From NCBI GenBank assembly GCA_945906115.1, contig CAMDQP010000001.1, forward strand, positions 1 to 45,504: a DNA stretch of 45,504 nucleotides. Reading direction: 5' to 3'. A program made the translations under genes and the position numbers. The stretch comes from Opitutus sp. GAS368. GTDB taxonomy: Bacteria; Verrucomicrobiota; Verrucomicrobiia; Opitutales; UBA953. Positions within the stretch are counted from its first letter, which is position 1. The number at the start of each line of letters is the position of its first letter. The notes beneath the pieces are model-generated. The model searched no databases, was not told the DNA's origin, and saw nothing but the letters and a program-made list of their open reading frames with translations. Below are positions 37,362 through 45,504 of the stretch, piece after piece.

Positions 37362-38738
37362 ATGTCCGTAAAAGTAGGCCTCGTCTCCCTTGGCTGCGCC
37401 AAGAACCTCATCGATTCCGAGATCATGATTGGTCACCTCGCTAAGGCCGGCATGTCCATGACCGCCGATGCCTCGGAAGCCGACGTGGTGATCGTCAACA
37501 CCTGCTCCTTCATCGACGCCTCGAAGCACGAGGCCCTCGAAGCCATCTATGAGATGAGCGACGGCAAGGCCACCGCCCGCAAGAAAGGCCAGAAGCTCAT
37601 CGTCGCCGGGTGCATGTCCCAGCGCTACCAAGGGGCCCTGCCCGTCGTCGAAGGTGCCAAGGGCCGCGTCGAACTACCGAAGGTCGACGCGTTTATCGGC
37701 CTCGACCAGGTCACGAACATCGTCCCGGTCATTCATAAGGTCATGGGCGGCGAAGCCGGCATGACCGAGTTTCTCTCCAAGACGACGACCTTCATCCCGG
37801 ATTTCGACACCCCTCGCTTCCGCCTGACGCCACGCCATTCGGCCTACATCAAAATCGCCGAAGGCTGTAACCACCCCTGCACGTTCTGCATCATCCCGCG
37901 CATCCGCGGACGCCATCGCAGCCGCACGGTCGAATCCGTGGTCAAGGAAGCCCGTCAGCTCGTGGCCGAAGGCGTGAAGGAGATGAACTTGATCTCTCAG
38001 GACACGACCTACTTCGGCATGGACCGCTGGACCGAAGCCCGCCCCAACCCGCGCAGCAAGGTGGATTCCTCCAAAGGCGAATCGCTCGCCTCCCTCCTCC
38101 GCGAGCTCGACCAGATCGAAGGCGATTTCTGGATTCGCCTGTTGTACACGCACCCGGCCCACTGGAGCGACGAGCTCATTGAGACCATCGGCCAGTCCAA
38201 GCATGTCGTCCGCTACGTCGACATCCCCCTCCAGCACGTCTCCGACAAGATGCTCGGCGCGATGCAGCGTGAGACCGATGGCGCCTATATCCGCGACCTG
38301 ATCGCCCGCATGCGTGCAGGCATCCCGGATCTCGTCATCCGCACCACCTTCATCGTCGGCTTCCCCGGCGAGACCGAAGAAGATTTCACCGAACTGCTCG
38401 CCTTCCTCGAACAGACCAAGTTCGACCGCGTGGGCGTATTCAAGTACTCAAAGGAAGAAGGCACCAAGGGCGCCAAGATGGAAGGCCACCTCTCCGACGA
38501 GGTGAAAGCCGATCGCTACGCCCGCGCCATGCTCCTCCTCCAGCGTCTTTCCAAGCAACGCGGCGAAGCCTTCGTGGGCCGCAAGCTCCGCGTCCTCGTC
38601 GAAAGCCCGGGCATCGCCCGCAGCGTCGGCGATGCCATGGAGATTGACGGTATCGTCAAGGTGTCGAAGAAACTCCCGATCGGCGAGTTTGCTGAGGTGA
38701 CCGTCACCGGCGCCGAGGAATACGACCTAATCGCGTAG
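37362..38738 (+). CDS. rimO: Ribosomal protein S12 methylthiotransferase.
   Basis: The MTTase N-domain is VGLVSLGCAKNLIDSE. The radical-SAM motif is CNHPCTFCIIP. A C-terminal TRAM-like segment ends in VTVTGAEEYDLIA. Confidence 0.9.
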   Translation: MSVKVGLVSLGCAKNLIDSEIMIGHLAKAGMSMTADASEADVVIVNTCSFIDASKHEALEAIYEMSDGKATARKKGQKLIVAGCMSQRYQGALPVVEGAKGRVELPKVDAFIGLDQVTNIVPVIHKVMGGEAGMTEFLSKTTTFIPDFDTPRFRLTPRHSAYIKIAEGCNHPCTFCIIPRIRGRHRSRTVESVVKEARQLVAEGVKEMNLISQDTTYFGMDRWTEARPNPRSKVDSSKGESLASLLRELDQIEGDFWIRLLYTHPAHWSDELIETIGQSKHVVRYVDIPLQHVSDKMLGAMQRETDGAYIRDLIARMRAGIPDLVIRTTFIVGFPGETEEDFTELLAFLEQTKFDRVGVFKYSKEEGTKGAKMEGHLSDEVKADRYARAMLLLQRLSKQRGEAFVGRKLRVLVESPGIARSVGDAMEIDGIVKVSKKLPIGEFAEVTVTGAEEYDLIA

Positions 38739-38741
38739 TGA

Positions 38742-41261
38742 TTAGCCTTCGGCGTCGCGCTCCGGAGCCGCTTCCGCCGAAGCCGACGCGGCCGGCGAAT
38801 CGCTGAGGCGGATAAGGGCGTCCAACGACGTGAAATGGCGCGTCCAGTCCGTCATGTCCGGGATATCCCCGACAACCGTGGAGAACAGTTCGCGCTTCTC
38901 CTGCTTGAGTTCTTCAATGCGCTCCTCGACCGTGCCTGGGGCGATCATGCGGTAAATGAGTACCGGGTTCTTCTGACCGATGCGGTGGACCCGATCGACG
39001 GCTTGGGCTTCGACGGCGGGATTCCACCAAGGATCCATTAGGAAGACGTACTCGGCGGTATTGAGCGTGATGCCCGTGCCGCCGGCCTTCAGCGAGGCGA
39101 GGAACAAGGCTGGTCCCTTGGTCTCCTTGAACTGCTCGACCGGCGCTGAACGATCCTTGGTCTCGCCGGTCAGCTCGTAGATCGGCAACGACGGCAGATC
39201 ACGGGCGAGCGCGGATTTCACGCGCTCGATGAGCGAGACGAACTGGGAGAAGACGACCGCCTTGGAGCCGTTGGCTGCGATTTCGGAAAGTTTAGAGACC
39301 AGTAAGGTGACCTTGCCCGAGTGGGCCGACGGGCAATGCGAATTCTCGGGCAGCAGACCGGGGTCGCAACAGACCTGACGGAGACGCATGAGGAGCGTGA
39401 GTACCGAGGTCGCATCCTTCGACAGCAACGAGGCGAGTTCGCCCGATAGGCCGCTACCCTGCGTGAGATGCTGGTAGAGCGCACGTTGTTCGTGGGTGAG
39501 CGGGCAAGGCAGCACGACCTCCATTTTCGGCGGGATGTCCGCGGCGACATGACGTTTCAGACGACGCAGAATGAAAGGCGAAACCTGGCGACGAACCTTG
39601 CCGAGGGCAATCGAAGGATCGCGCAGCATCATGCGTTCGAAATTGGCACGCTTACCAAGCAAGCCGGGCATCAAGAAGCGGAAGATTGTCCACAGGTCGG
39701 TCGGGCGGTTCTCCAGCGGGGTGCCGGTGATCGCGATGCGATGATCCGCCTGCAACGAGACGCAGGTCTGCGTCGTCTTGGACTCCGGGTTTTTGATCGC
39801 CTGGGCTTCGTCGAGTACCGCGTAACCAAACCGGGTCTTGGCCAGCAGGTCAGCATGGCGACGCAGCTGGGTATAGCTAGAGATCCAAAGCTTGGCTGAA
39901 GGATTCGTGACGAAGTCGTCGTCGGCCGTGAGCACGGCCACCCCGGCGCTCATCTCCGGATGGAAGCGCTTGATCTCACCGAGCCAGACGGGGATGACGC
40001 TGGCGGGGCAGACGATGAGGGACCGCTCACCGATGGGGCGCGAAGCGAGCAAGGCGAGCACCTGGACGGTCTTGCCGAGGCCCATCTCGTCGGCGAGCAA
40101 CGGATGGGAGCCCAGCTCGCAGAGACGACCCAGCCAGGCGACGCCCTTGGCCTGATAAGGACGGAGGTGGGCGGGGAGACTAGCGGGCGGCATCGGCTCT
40201 TGGAGGAGCTTATCCTTCCAAGCTTTGAGGTCGTCGTTGAGCTTCAGGGCGCCGACGGCGGCGTGATCGAACAGCGAAAGCAAAAGGTAGCGGGGTACTT
40301 CGCCGTCCTTGGCCCGCCAGTCTTCGGAGAAATCTGCGACCGCGGCGTTGTAGGCGACGACACCCTTACCGGGCAGGATGACCGGGCGGCCACCGGCTTT
40401 GAGGAGCAGCTTCTGTTCATCGGCCAGGAGGCGATGCCCGCCAGCCTTGAGGCGCCAGTTCAGCTTGAAGGATCTTCCGTCGGCGGCGGATTCGGCTTCG
40501 GCGTCGACGGCGACCTGAAGTTGTTCGTTCCGGAAGATATTGAGGGCGTCCTCCCCGATGAGCTTGAATCGCTTGCGCCAGTCGTTGAGTTCCTCGCGCA
40601 CGAACCGTTCGATTCGGCCGATATTATCAATGGCCCAGGCGCCAGTGGCCTTGCTGTAGACGAAGCCCGCCCGGTGCGCGACGGTGTTGAAACGGAAAAG
40701 GGTCTGACGCTGCTCGTCGGAAAGCTCGTCTCCTGGGATGGCCCCAGGGCCGAAGCAATTCCAGGCATGGCCACCCCGCCCTGCCCAGGCGGCGGAAATC
40801 TTCAGTCCGTCGGAAGACAGGTCGAAGGAGACCTGCAGCTTCAGCGAAGTGCGGGCGTTGGGATCCTTGCGTTCGGGCTCCTTGGGCGCCTCGGGGGCGG
40901 CCGCGGCGGCGGACTCGTCGACGGCCGGGATCTCGTCGGCAATGAGCTCTTCAATCTCATAAATGGAAGCGACGGCGAACGGCGCGCCGTTCTCTTCTTC
41001 GGGCAAGGAGGTGCGCCATTCCAATTTGGCTCCATTAATTTCAATCACCGCCCGGACGGTCTGCGTCTCGGTGCGCGTGACGGCTTCGGCGTTTTCTGGC
41101 TTGAGTTCGATTTGTCTGACCAATCCTTCCGTATAAAGCCTGCGACCTTCAATGAGGTCAGCCTCCTTAAAGGCGGACTCCCACTCTTCCGGAAGAGACA
41201 CAAACCACCTCTCCAGGGCTTCCGTGGAGTAGGAGCGATTGGCCGGACGTGGGGACGACAT
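38742..41261 (-). CDS. SNF2-family helicase/ATPase with a ~340-aa N-terminal non-catalytic region.
   Basis: It has LRPYQAKGVAWL...LLADEMGLGKTVQ (motif I), AVLDEAQAIKN (DExx) and a helicase-C region (LKAGGTGITLNTAEYVFLMDPWWNPAVEAQAVDRVHRIGQ). Confidence 0.9.
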   Translation of the reverse strand: MSSPRPANRSYSTEALERWFVSLPEEWESAFKEADLIEGRRLYTEGLVRQIELKPENAEAVTRTETQTVRAVIEINGAKLEWRTSLPEEENGAPFAVASIYEIEELIADEIPAVDESAAAAAPEAPKEPERKDPNARTSLKLQVSFDLSSDGLKISAAWAGRGGHAWNCFGPGAIPGDELSDEQRQTLFRFNTVAHRAGFVYSKATGAWAIDNIGRIERFVREELNDWRKRFKLIGEDALNIFRNEQLQVAVDAEAESAADGRSFKLNWRLKAGGHRLLADEQKLLLKAGGRPVILPGKGVVAYNAAVADFSEDWRAKDGEVPRYLLLSLFDHAAVGALKLNDDLKAWKDKLLQEPMPPASLPAHLRPYQAKGVAWLGRLCELGSHPLLADEMGLGKTVQVLALLASRPIGERSLIVCPASVIPVWLGEIKRFHPEMSAGVAVLTADDDFVTNPSAKLWISSYTQLRRHADLLAKTRFGYAVLDEAQAIKNPESKTTQTCVSLQADHRIAITGTPLENRPTDLWTIFRFLMPGLLGKRANFERMMLRDPSIALGKVRRQVSPFILRRLKRHVAADIPPKMEVVLPCPLTHEQRALYQHLTQGSGLSGELASLLSKDATSVLTLLMRLRQVCCDPGLLPENSHCPSAHSGKVTLLVSKLSEIAANGSKAVVFSQFVSLIERVKSALARDLPSLPIYELTGETKDRSAPVEQFKETKGPALFLASLKAGGTGITLNTAEYVFLMDPWWNPAVEAQAVDRVHRIGQKNPVLIYRMIAPGTVEERIEELKQEKRELFSTVVGDIPDMTDWTRHFTSLDALIRLSDSPAASASAEAAPERDAEG

Positions 41262-41413
41262 CGACAGCCCGAATTAAACCTGCCCTGTTTTCCTGTTACA
41301 ACCCCCAAACTCTACCAATTTTGGGCACGGTCTGGTCTGGTTTCGACTGGGTCTTGGCTTGTGATGCACGGGTCCAATCGTCTAGGGTTTACTCTCCTTT
41401 TACAGGCAAAGAA

Positions 41414-44137
41414 ATGAAACATCTTAGCGTCGGTAGCCGCTGGAACGCGGATCTCGTATCATCTTATCACGAACAGTGGTCCAAGGACCCTTCTTCCGTG
41501 GACGCGGAATGGCGCGCCTTCTTCGAGGGCTTCGAGCTCGGCATGAGCCTGCCGCCCAAGCCCGCCAAAGGCGCCGCTCCCGCCGCCGGTGGCGTCGACG
41601 CCGTCGCCCAATGGAAGGTCCTCGCCGCCATCAACGCTTACCGGACACTCGGCCATCAGCAGGCCCGCATCAACCCTCTCGCCGAACCGACGCCCCACTT
41701 CGAACTCTCCGACAAGGCCCTCGGCCTCGACGGCATCCCGGCCGACCGAGTCTTCCACACCGGCGATTTCCTCGGCGGCAAGATGCTCCCCCTGGGGGAA
41801 ATCGTCGCGAAGCTGAAGTCCACCTACTGTTCCCCAATCGGCGTCGAGTACACCCATATCCAAGACGGCGAGCGCCGCCGCTGGCTCCAGGATCGCATCG
41901 AGTCCTACGGGCTCCGGCCGACCTATGACGCCGCCGCTCGTCGTCGCTTCCTCCGCTCGATCGTCCAGGCTGAACAGCTCGAACGCTTCCTTCACAAGAC
42001 TTTCGTCGGCGCTAAGCGCTTCTCCGTCGAAGGAGGCGAAGTCTTGCTGTCCGCGCTCGATCAGGTCATTCACCGCGCCCCGAGCTTCGGCGTGACAGAT
42101 CTCGTCATCGGCATGGCCCACCGCGGTCGCCTTAACGTCCTTGTCAACATCTGCGGCAAGAAGGCCGAGGCCCTCTTCGCCGGCTTCTCCGAAAACCACA
42201 TCCCAGATACCACGCATGGCGATGGCGACGTGAAATACCACCTCGGCTATGCGGGCGCCCGCGTCGTCGACGGCAAGGAAGTCAGCATCACCCTCGCCTA
42301 TAACCCCAGCCACCTCGAAGCCGTCAATCCCGTCGTGCTCGGCCGCACCCGCGCGCTCATCGACGTACAGGGCGGCGCTGATCGCTCGAAAGCCCTACCC
42401 ATCCTCCTGCACGGCGATTCTGCCTTCGCCGGCCAAGGCGTCGTGATGGAGACGCTCAATCTGGCCGAGCTTAAAGGCTACCAGGTCGGCGGCACGCTCC
42501 ACCTCGTCACCAACAATCAAGTTGGCTTCACGGCCAACCCCGACGAGTACAGCTCTGGCCGTCATTGCACTGAGATCGCCAAGTTCACCGAATCTCCGAT
42601 CCTCCACGCCAACGGCGACGACCCTGATGCCGTCGTCCTCGCGACTGAAATCGCCTTGGAATATCGCCAGAAGTTCGGCGCCGATGCCGTCGTCGATATC
42701 GTCTGCTACCGCCGCTACGGCCACAACGAGACCGACGAACCCGCCTTCACCCAGCCGGTGCTCTATCGCGAGATTTCGGCCCACTCTTCCGTCGCTGACC
42801 TCTACGCTTCACGTCTGACCGAATCCGGTTCCGCGCCAGACGGCGAACTGATCGCGCTGCGTAACGAGTTCGACATCATGCTCAACGCCGCTCAAGAGCG
42901 CGCCCAAGCCGCCGTCGCCGTTGAAATTGAGGAACGTAAAAAGAACCCCGTCGGCGTCCGTCCGTTCCGCTCCCCTTACGAACATAACGTCGACACCTCC
43001 ATCCCGCAGGAACTCTTGGATAAAGTAGCGCCAGTGCTCTGGCAGATGCCGCCCGACTTCTCCCCGAACCCGAAGATCAAGCGCATGCTCGACACGAAGG
43101 CCGACGCCTACAAGTCCGGCCTCAACTTCGATTGGAGTCTCGGCGAAGGCCTCGCCTTCGCTTCGCTGCTTGCGGAGGGCTATCCTGTCCGCATCTCGGG
43201 CCAGGATTGCGAACGCGGGACCTTCTCGCACCGCCACGCTGTACTTCACGACCCTTCGAACGACGCCAAATACTGCCCGCTCGGCTCCATCGCCGGAGCC
43301 GAAATCGAACTGGTTAACTCCTCGCTCTCTGAATACGCCGTCCTTGGCTTCGACTACGGCTACTCGCTCGAAGCCCCTGATTCGCTCGTTATCTGGGAAG
43401 CCCAATTCGGCGACTTCGCCAATGGCGCGCAGATCATGATCGACCAGTTTATCGCGTCGGCCGAGTCCAAGTGGGGTCAGACGAGCGGCCTCGTGATGCT
43501 CCTCCCCCATGGCTACGAAGGTCAGGGACCAGAACACTCCTCTGCGCGCCTCGAACGCTTCCTGCAGCTCAGCGCCGAAAACAACCTGCAGGTGATCCAA
43601 CCGTCGACCCCAGCCCAACTCTTCCACGCGTTACGTCGTCAGGTTAAGTCCGAATACCGCAAGCCGCTCGTGGTCATGACGCCGAAAAGCCTACTCCGCC
43701 ATAAGAGCTGCGTCAGCGTCCTGAATGATTTCACCAAGGGCCGCTTTCATTCGGTGCTCACCGATGCCACCCCCGCCGCGAAGACGGAACGTCTCATCCT
43801 TTGCTCCGGCAAAGTCTTCTACGAACTCGACGCCGAACGCGCCGCTCGCAAGGACACGGCCACGAGCATCGTGCGCATCGAACAGTTCTATCCTTTCGAC
43901 GGCGAAACGCTCGCCAAGGTCCACGCCACGCTGGGTTCGCCCAAGAAGGTCGTCTGGGTCCAGGACGAACCCAGGAACATGGGCGGCTGGTCCTTCGTCG
44001 CCGACCAGATTGAGTCCAGCCTCGGCCTCCGTCCCACTTATGCCGGTCGCGATGCGGCGGCCTCCCCGGCGGTAGGATCGCTGTCGGTCCACAAGATCGA
44101 GCAGGCCGACATGCTGAAGCAGGCCTTTGGTGCCTAA
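41414..44137 (+). CDS. sucA: 2-oxoglutarate dehydrogenase E1 component.
   Basis: ORF 41249..44137 trimmed to ATG 41414 (MKHLSVGSRWNADLVSSYHEQW..DPSSVDAEWRAFF). It also has MAHRGRLNVL, HGDSAFAGQGVV and CYRRYGHNE. Confidence 0.96.
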   Translation: MKHLSVGSRWNADLVSSYHEQWSKDPSSVDAEWRAFFEGFELGMSLPPKPAKGAAPAAGGVDAVAQWKVLAAINAYRTLGHQQARINPLAEPTPHFELSDKALGLDGIPADRVFHTGDFLGGKMLPLGEIVAKLKSTYCSPIGVEYTHIQDGERRRWLQDRIESYGLRPTYDAAARRRFLRSIVQAEQLERFLHKTFVGAKRFSVEGGEVLLSALDQVIHRAPSFGVTDLVIGMAHRGRLNVLVNICGKKAEALFAGFSENHIPDTTHGDGDVKYHLGYAGARVVDGKEVSITLAYNPSHLEAVNPVVLGRTRALIDVQGGADRSKALPILLHGDSAFAGQGVVMETLNLAELKGYQVGGTLHLVTNNQVGFTANPDEYSSGRHCTEIAKFTESPILHANGDDPDAVVLATEIALEYRQKFGADAVVDIVCYRRYGHNETDEPAFTQPVLYREISAHSSVADLYASRLTESGSAPDGELIALRNEFDIMLNAAQERAQAAVAVEIEERKKNPVGVRPFRSPYEHNVDTSIPQELLDKVAPVLWQMPPDFSPNPKIKRMLDTKADAYKSGLNFDWSLGEGLAFASLLAEGYPVRISGQDCERGTFSHRHAVLHDPSNDAKYCPLGSIAGAEIELVNSSLSEYAVLGFDYGYSLEAPDSLVIWEAQFGDFANGAQIMIDQFIASAESKWGQTSGLVMLLPHGYEGQGPEHSSARLERFLQLSAENNLQVIQPSTPAQLFHALRRQVKSEYRKPLVVMTPKSLLRHKSCVSVLNDFTKGRFHSVLTDATPAAKTERLILCSGKVFYELDAERAARKDTATSIVRIEQFYPFDGETLAKVHATLGSPKKVVWVQDEPRNMGGWSFVADQIESSLGLRPTYAGRDAAASPAVGSLSVHKIEQADMLKQAFGA

Positions 44138-44275
44138 TGGGTGACAGTAGCGGGATTTCTCGCGTCTGGAACCGCTCCTACTACCCCCTAAACGCCCATC
44201 CTAGGTCGTTCAAAGGGTCATTTCCCCGTTGAAACAGGCAGGAATGGGTTCCAAGGTTAAACCTACCTAATTTTC

Positions 44276-45504
44276 ATGGCCGTCGAAGTCAAAATCCCTC
44301 CCATGGGCGAATCTATCACCGGGGGCCTCCTGGCCGCCTGGATGGTCAAAAGCGGTGACGCTGTTCGCAAGGGCCAAGCCCTCTTTTCTTACGAAACCGA
44401 CAAGGTGACCTCCGAAGGTACCGCTGAAGTCGACGGCAAGATCACCCTCTCTGTCGAAGCCGGCACCGAAGTCCTTGTCGGCCAAGTTGTAGCCTCAATC
44501 GAGGCCGGTGCCGCCGGCAACGCTCCCCTCGCTCCGGTGCCTGTCGCCAAGGCCGCTGCCGTGGCTTCCGCCGCACCCGCACCCGCGCTGAAATCCGCAC
44601 CAGTCGCCGCCAAGTCCGGGGCCGCCGCCGAAGTTTCTCCTGCCGTCCGACGTCTCTCCGCCGAAACCGGCCTAAACCCTGCTGGCGTCGAAGGTTCTGG
44701 CAAAGCTGGCCGCGTCACCAAGGGCGACATGCTCGCCGCTCTCGCTGGTCAGGCTCCGATTCACGCCGTCGCTCTGGTCGCTCCGGCCGCCCCCTCTTCC
44801 GCCGCCGCACTCTCCGCTCCGGTCGCTGCAGTCCCCATCCCTTCGCGCGAAGGACGCACCACGCGTAAGCGCATGTCTCCGCTGCGTCGCAAAATCGCCG
44901 AACGCCTCGTGCAGGCCAAGACGGAGACCGCGATGCTCACGACCTTCAATGAGGTCAACATGGCTCCGGTCATGGAGCTCCGGAAACGCCACGGCGAAGA
45001 ATTCCTCAAGAAATACGGGGTCAAGCTCGGCTTTATGTCCTTCTTCGTGAAGGCCGCCGTCCAGGCGATGAAGGAAGTCCCCGCCATCAACGCGCAGCTC
45101 GACGGCGAAGACATCGTCGAAAATAACTTCTTCGACATCGGCGTGGCCGTCGGCACCGACAAGGGTCTGATGGTCCCGGTCGTCCGTGATTGCGACCAAC
45201 TCAACTTCGCCGGCATCGAGAAGGCGATCGGCGACTTCGGTAAGCGCGCCCGCGACGGTAAGATCCAGCTGCCCGAACTTCAGGGCGGCGTCTTCACGAT
45301 CTCCAACGGCGGCATCTATGGCTCGATGCTCTCGACGCCGATTCTCAACCACCCGCAGGCGGCCATCATGGGCCTCCACAATATCGTCGAACGTCCCGTC
45401 GCTGAAAACGGTCAAGTCGTGATCCGCCCGATCATGTACCTCGCCCTCTCTTACGACCACCGTATCGTCGACGGCAAGGAAGCCGTGACCTTCCTCGTCA
45501 AGGT
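44276..45504 (+). CDS. sucB: Dihydrolipoyllysine-residue succinyltransferase (E2o), 3'-truncated by the window end.
   Basis: This is not in the ORF track because no stop lies in the window. My translation from ATG 44276 gives the lipoyl domain [17 protein letters not shown]...[10 protein letters not shown]. Ala/Pro linkers follow, then the [33 protein letters not shown]. The catalytic core includes [10 protein letters not shown]. Confidence 0.95.
   Translation, partial: MAVEVKIPPMGESITGGLLAAWMVKSGDAVRKGQALFSYETDKVTSEGTAEVDGKITLSVEAGTEVLVGQVVASIEAGAAGNAPLAPVPVAKAAAVASAAPAPALKSAPVAAKSGAAAEVSPAVRRLSAETGLNPAGVEGSGKAGRVTKGDMLAALAGQAPIHAVALVAPAAPSSAAALSAPVAAVPIPSREGRTTRKRMSPLRRKIAERLVQAKTETAMLTTFNEVNMAPVMELRKRHGEEFLKKYGVKLGFMSFFVKAAVQAMKEVPAINAQLDGEDIVENNFFDIGVAVGTDKGLMVPVVRDCDQLNFAGIEKAIGDFGKRARDGKIQLPELQGGVFTISNGGIYGSMLSTPILNHPQAAIMGLHNIVERPVAENGQVVIRPIMYLALSYDHRIVDGKEAVTFLVK

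Noticed and set aside
17579-41261. The idea that PIN-PhoH2, topoisomerase III and the SNF2 helicase form a defence or mobile island.
   Set aside because: The three genes are separated by many housekeeping operons and share the host's codon style. No integrase, transposase, tRNA attachment site, flanking repeats, restriction, methylase or Abi-type partners are present.
39960-41417. A 485-aa + strand ORF antisense to the SNF2 helicase. Similar long antisense ORFs occur at 2031-3479, 5186-5938, 25430-26206, 26976-27893, 35705-36478, 41459-42313, 42809-43627 and 44672-45460.
   Set aside because: Each one lies opposite a confidently identified conserved gene and shows the same low-complexity R/G/A/D/E composition. 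I treat them all as non-coding frames kept open by GC3 bias.
44138-44275. The 138-nt sucA-sucB spacer as a possible small RNA or riboswitch.
   Set aside because: I could find only a weak 5-bp long-range complementarity (TAGGT/ACCTA), with no terminator or conserved motif. It is most simply an intra-operon spacer.
44490-44830. A repetitive Ala/Pro-rich, GC-rich segment that looks like a tandem repeat.
   Set aside because: It encodes the flexible Ala/Pro linkers flanking the peripheral subunit-binding domain of SucB, a normal feature of E2 components.
1-45504. A search for CRISPR arrays, tRNA/rRNA genes, IS elements and long direct or inverted repeats.
   Set aside because: There are no regularly spaced repeats, no tRNA-like T-arm or acceptor patterns in any spacer, and no spacer longer than about 185 nt. 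No transposase-like ORFs are present. This was done by eye only; tRNAscan, Infernal and a repeat finder would be decisive.

Overview
This window is a GC-rich, tightly packed stretch of core bacterial chromosome. I call 41 protein-coding genes (the last, sucB, runs off the 3' edge), one clear intrinsic terminator and a few GC hairpins. I see no rRNA, tRNA, CRISPR array, transposase, integrase, prophage or defence-island signature.

Gene calls come from reading the supplied translations for family motifs. No alignments or folds were run, and CDS ends include the stop codon.

Content is mostly housekeeping:
- Translation and RNA modification: metG, dtd, rsmA, rimO, and an Rsm22-like methyltransferase.
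- DNA transactions: mutS, recR, ybaB, topB, and an SNF2 helicase.
- Cofactor and amino-acid biosynthesis: hisF, hisC, trpC, nadB, panE, panD, ribE, menF.
- Envelope: lpxK, a DUF374 acyltransferase-like gene, tatA.
- Energy and phosphate: sucA, sucB, ppk1.

The Minf_1886-type protein, the Rsm22-like methyltransferase and the strong G/C preference at third codon positions suggest Verrucomicrobiota (Opitutales-like) or a related PVC lineage. This is a low-to-moderate confidence guess.

Many ORF-track entries are 5'-over-extended or are antisense shadow ORFs typical of high-GC DNA. I trimmed starts where a conserved N-terminus made the true start obvious.

I do not find a convincing novel multi-gene system. 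The observations most worth a second look are:
1. A single ORF that fuses a HAD phosphatase to a DUF721/DciA-like domain.
2. Every one of the eight convergent gene junctions has 4 nt or less of spacer, or overlaps.
3. A translationally coupled mazG-ygjP-nudix nucleotide-pyrophosphatase trio.
4. An acylphosphatase coupled by an ATGA overlap to an ABC-2 transporter and a membrane-anchored helical-repeat protein.
5. An unrecognised 594-aa protein at the 5' end.

All of these are modest-interest and hypothesis-level.
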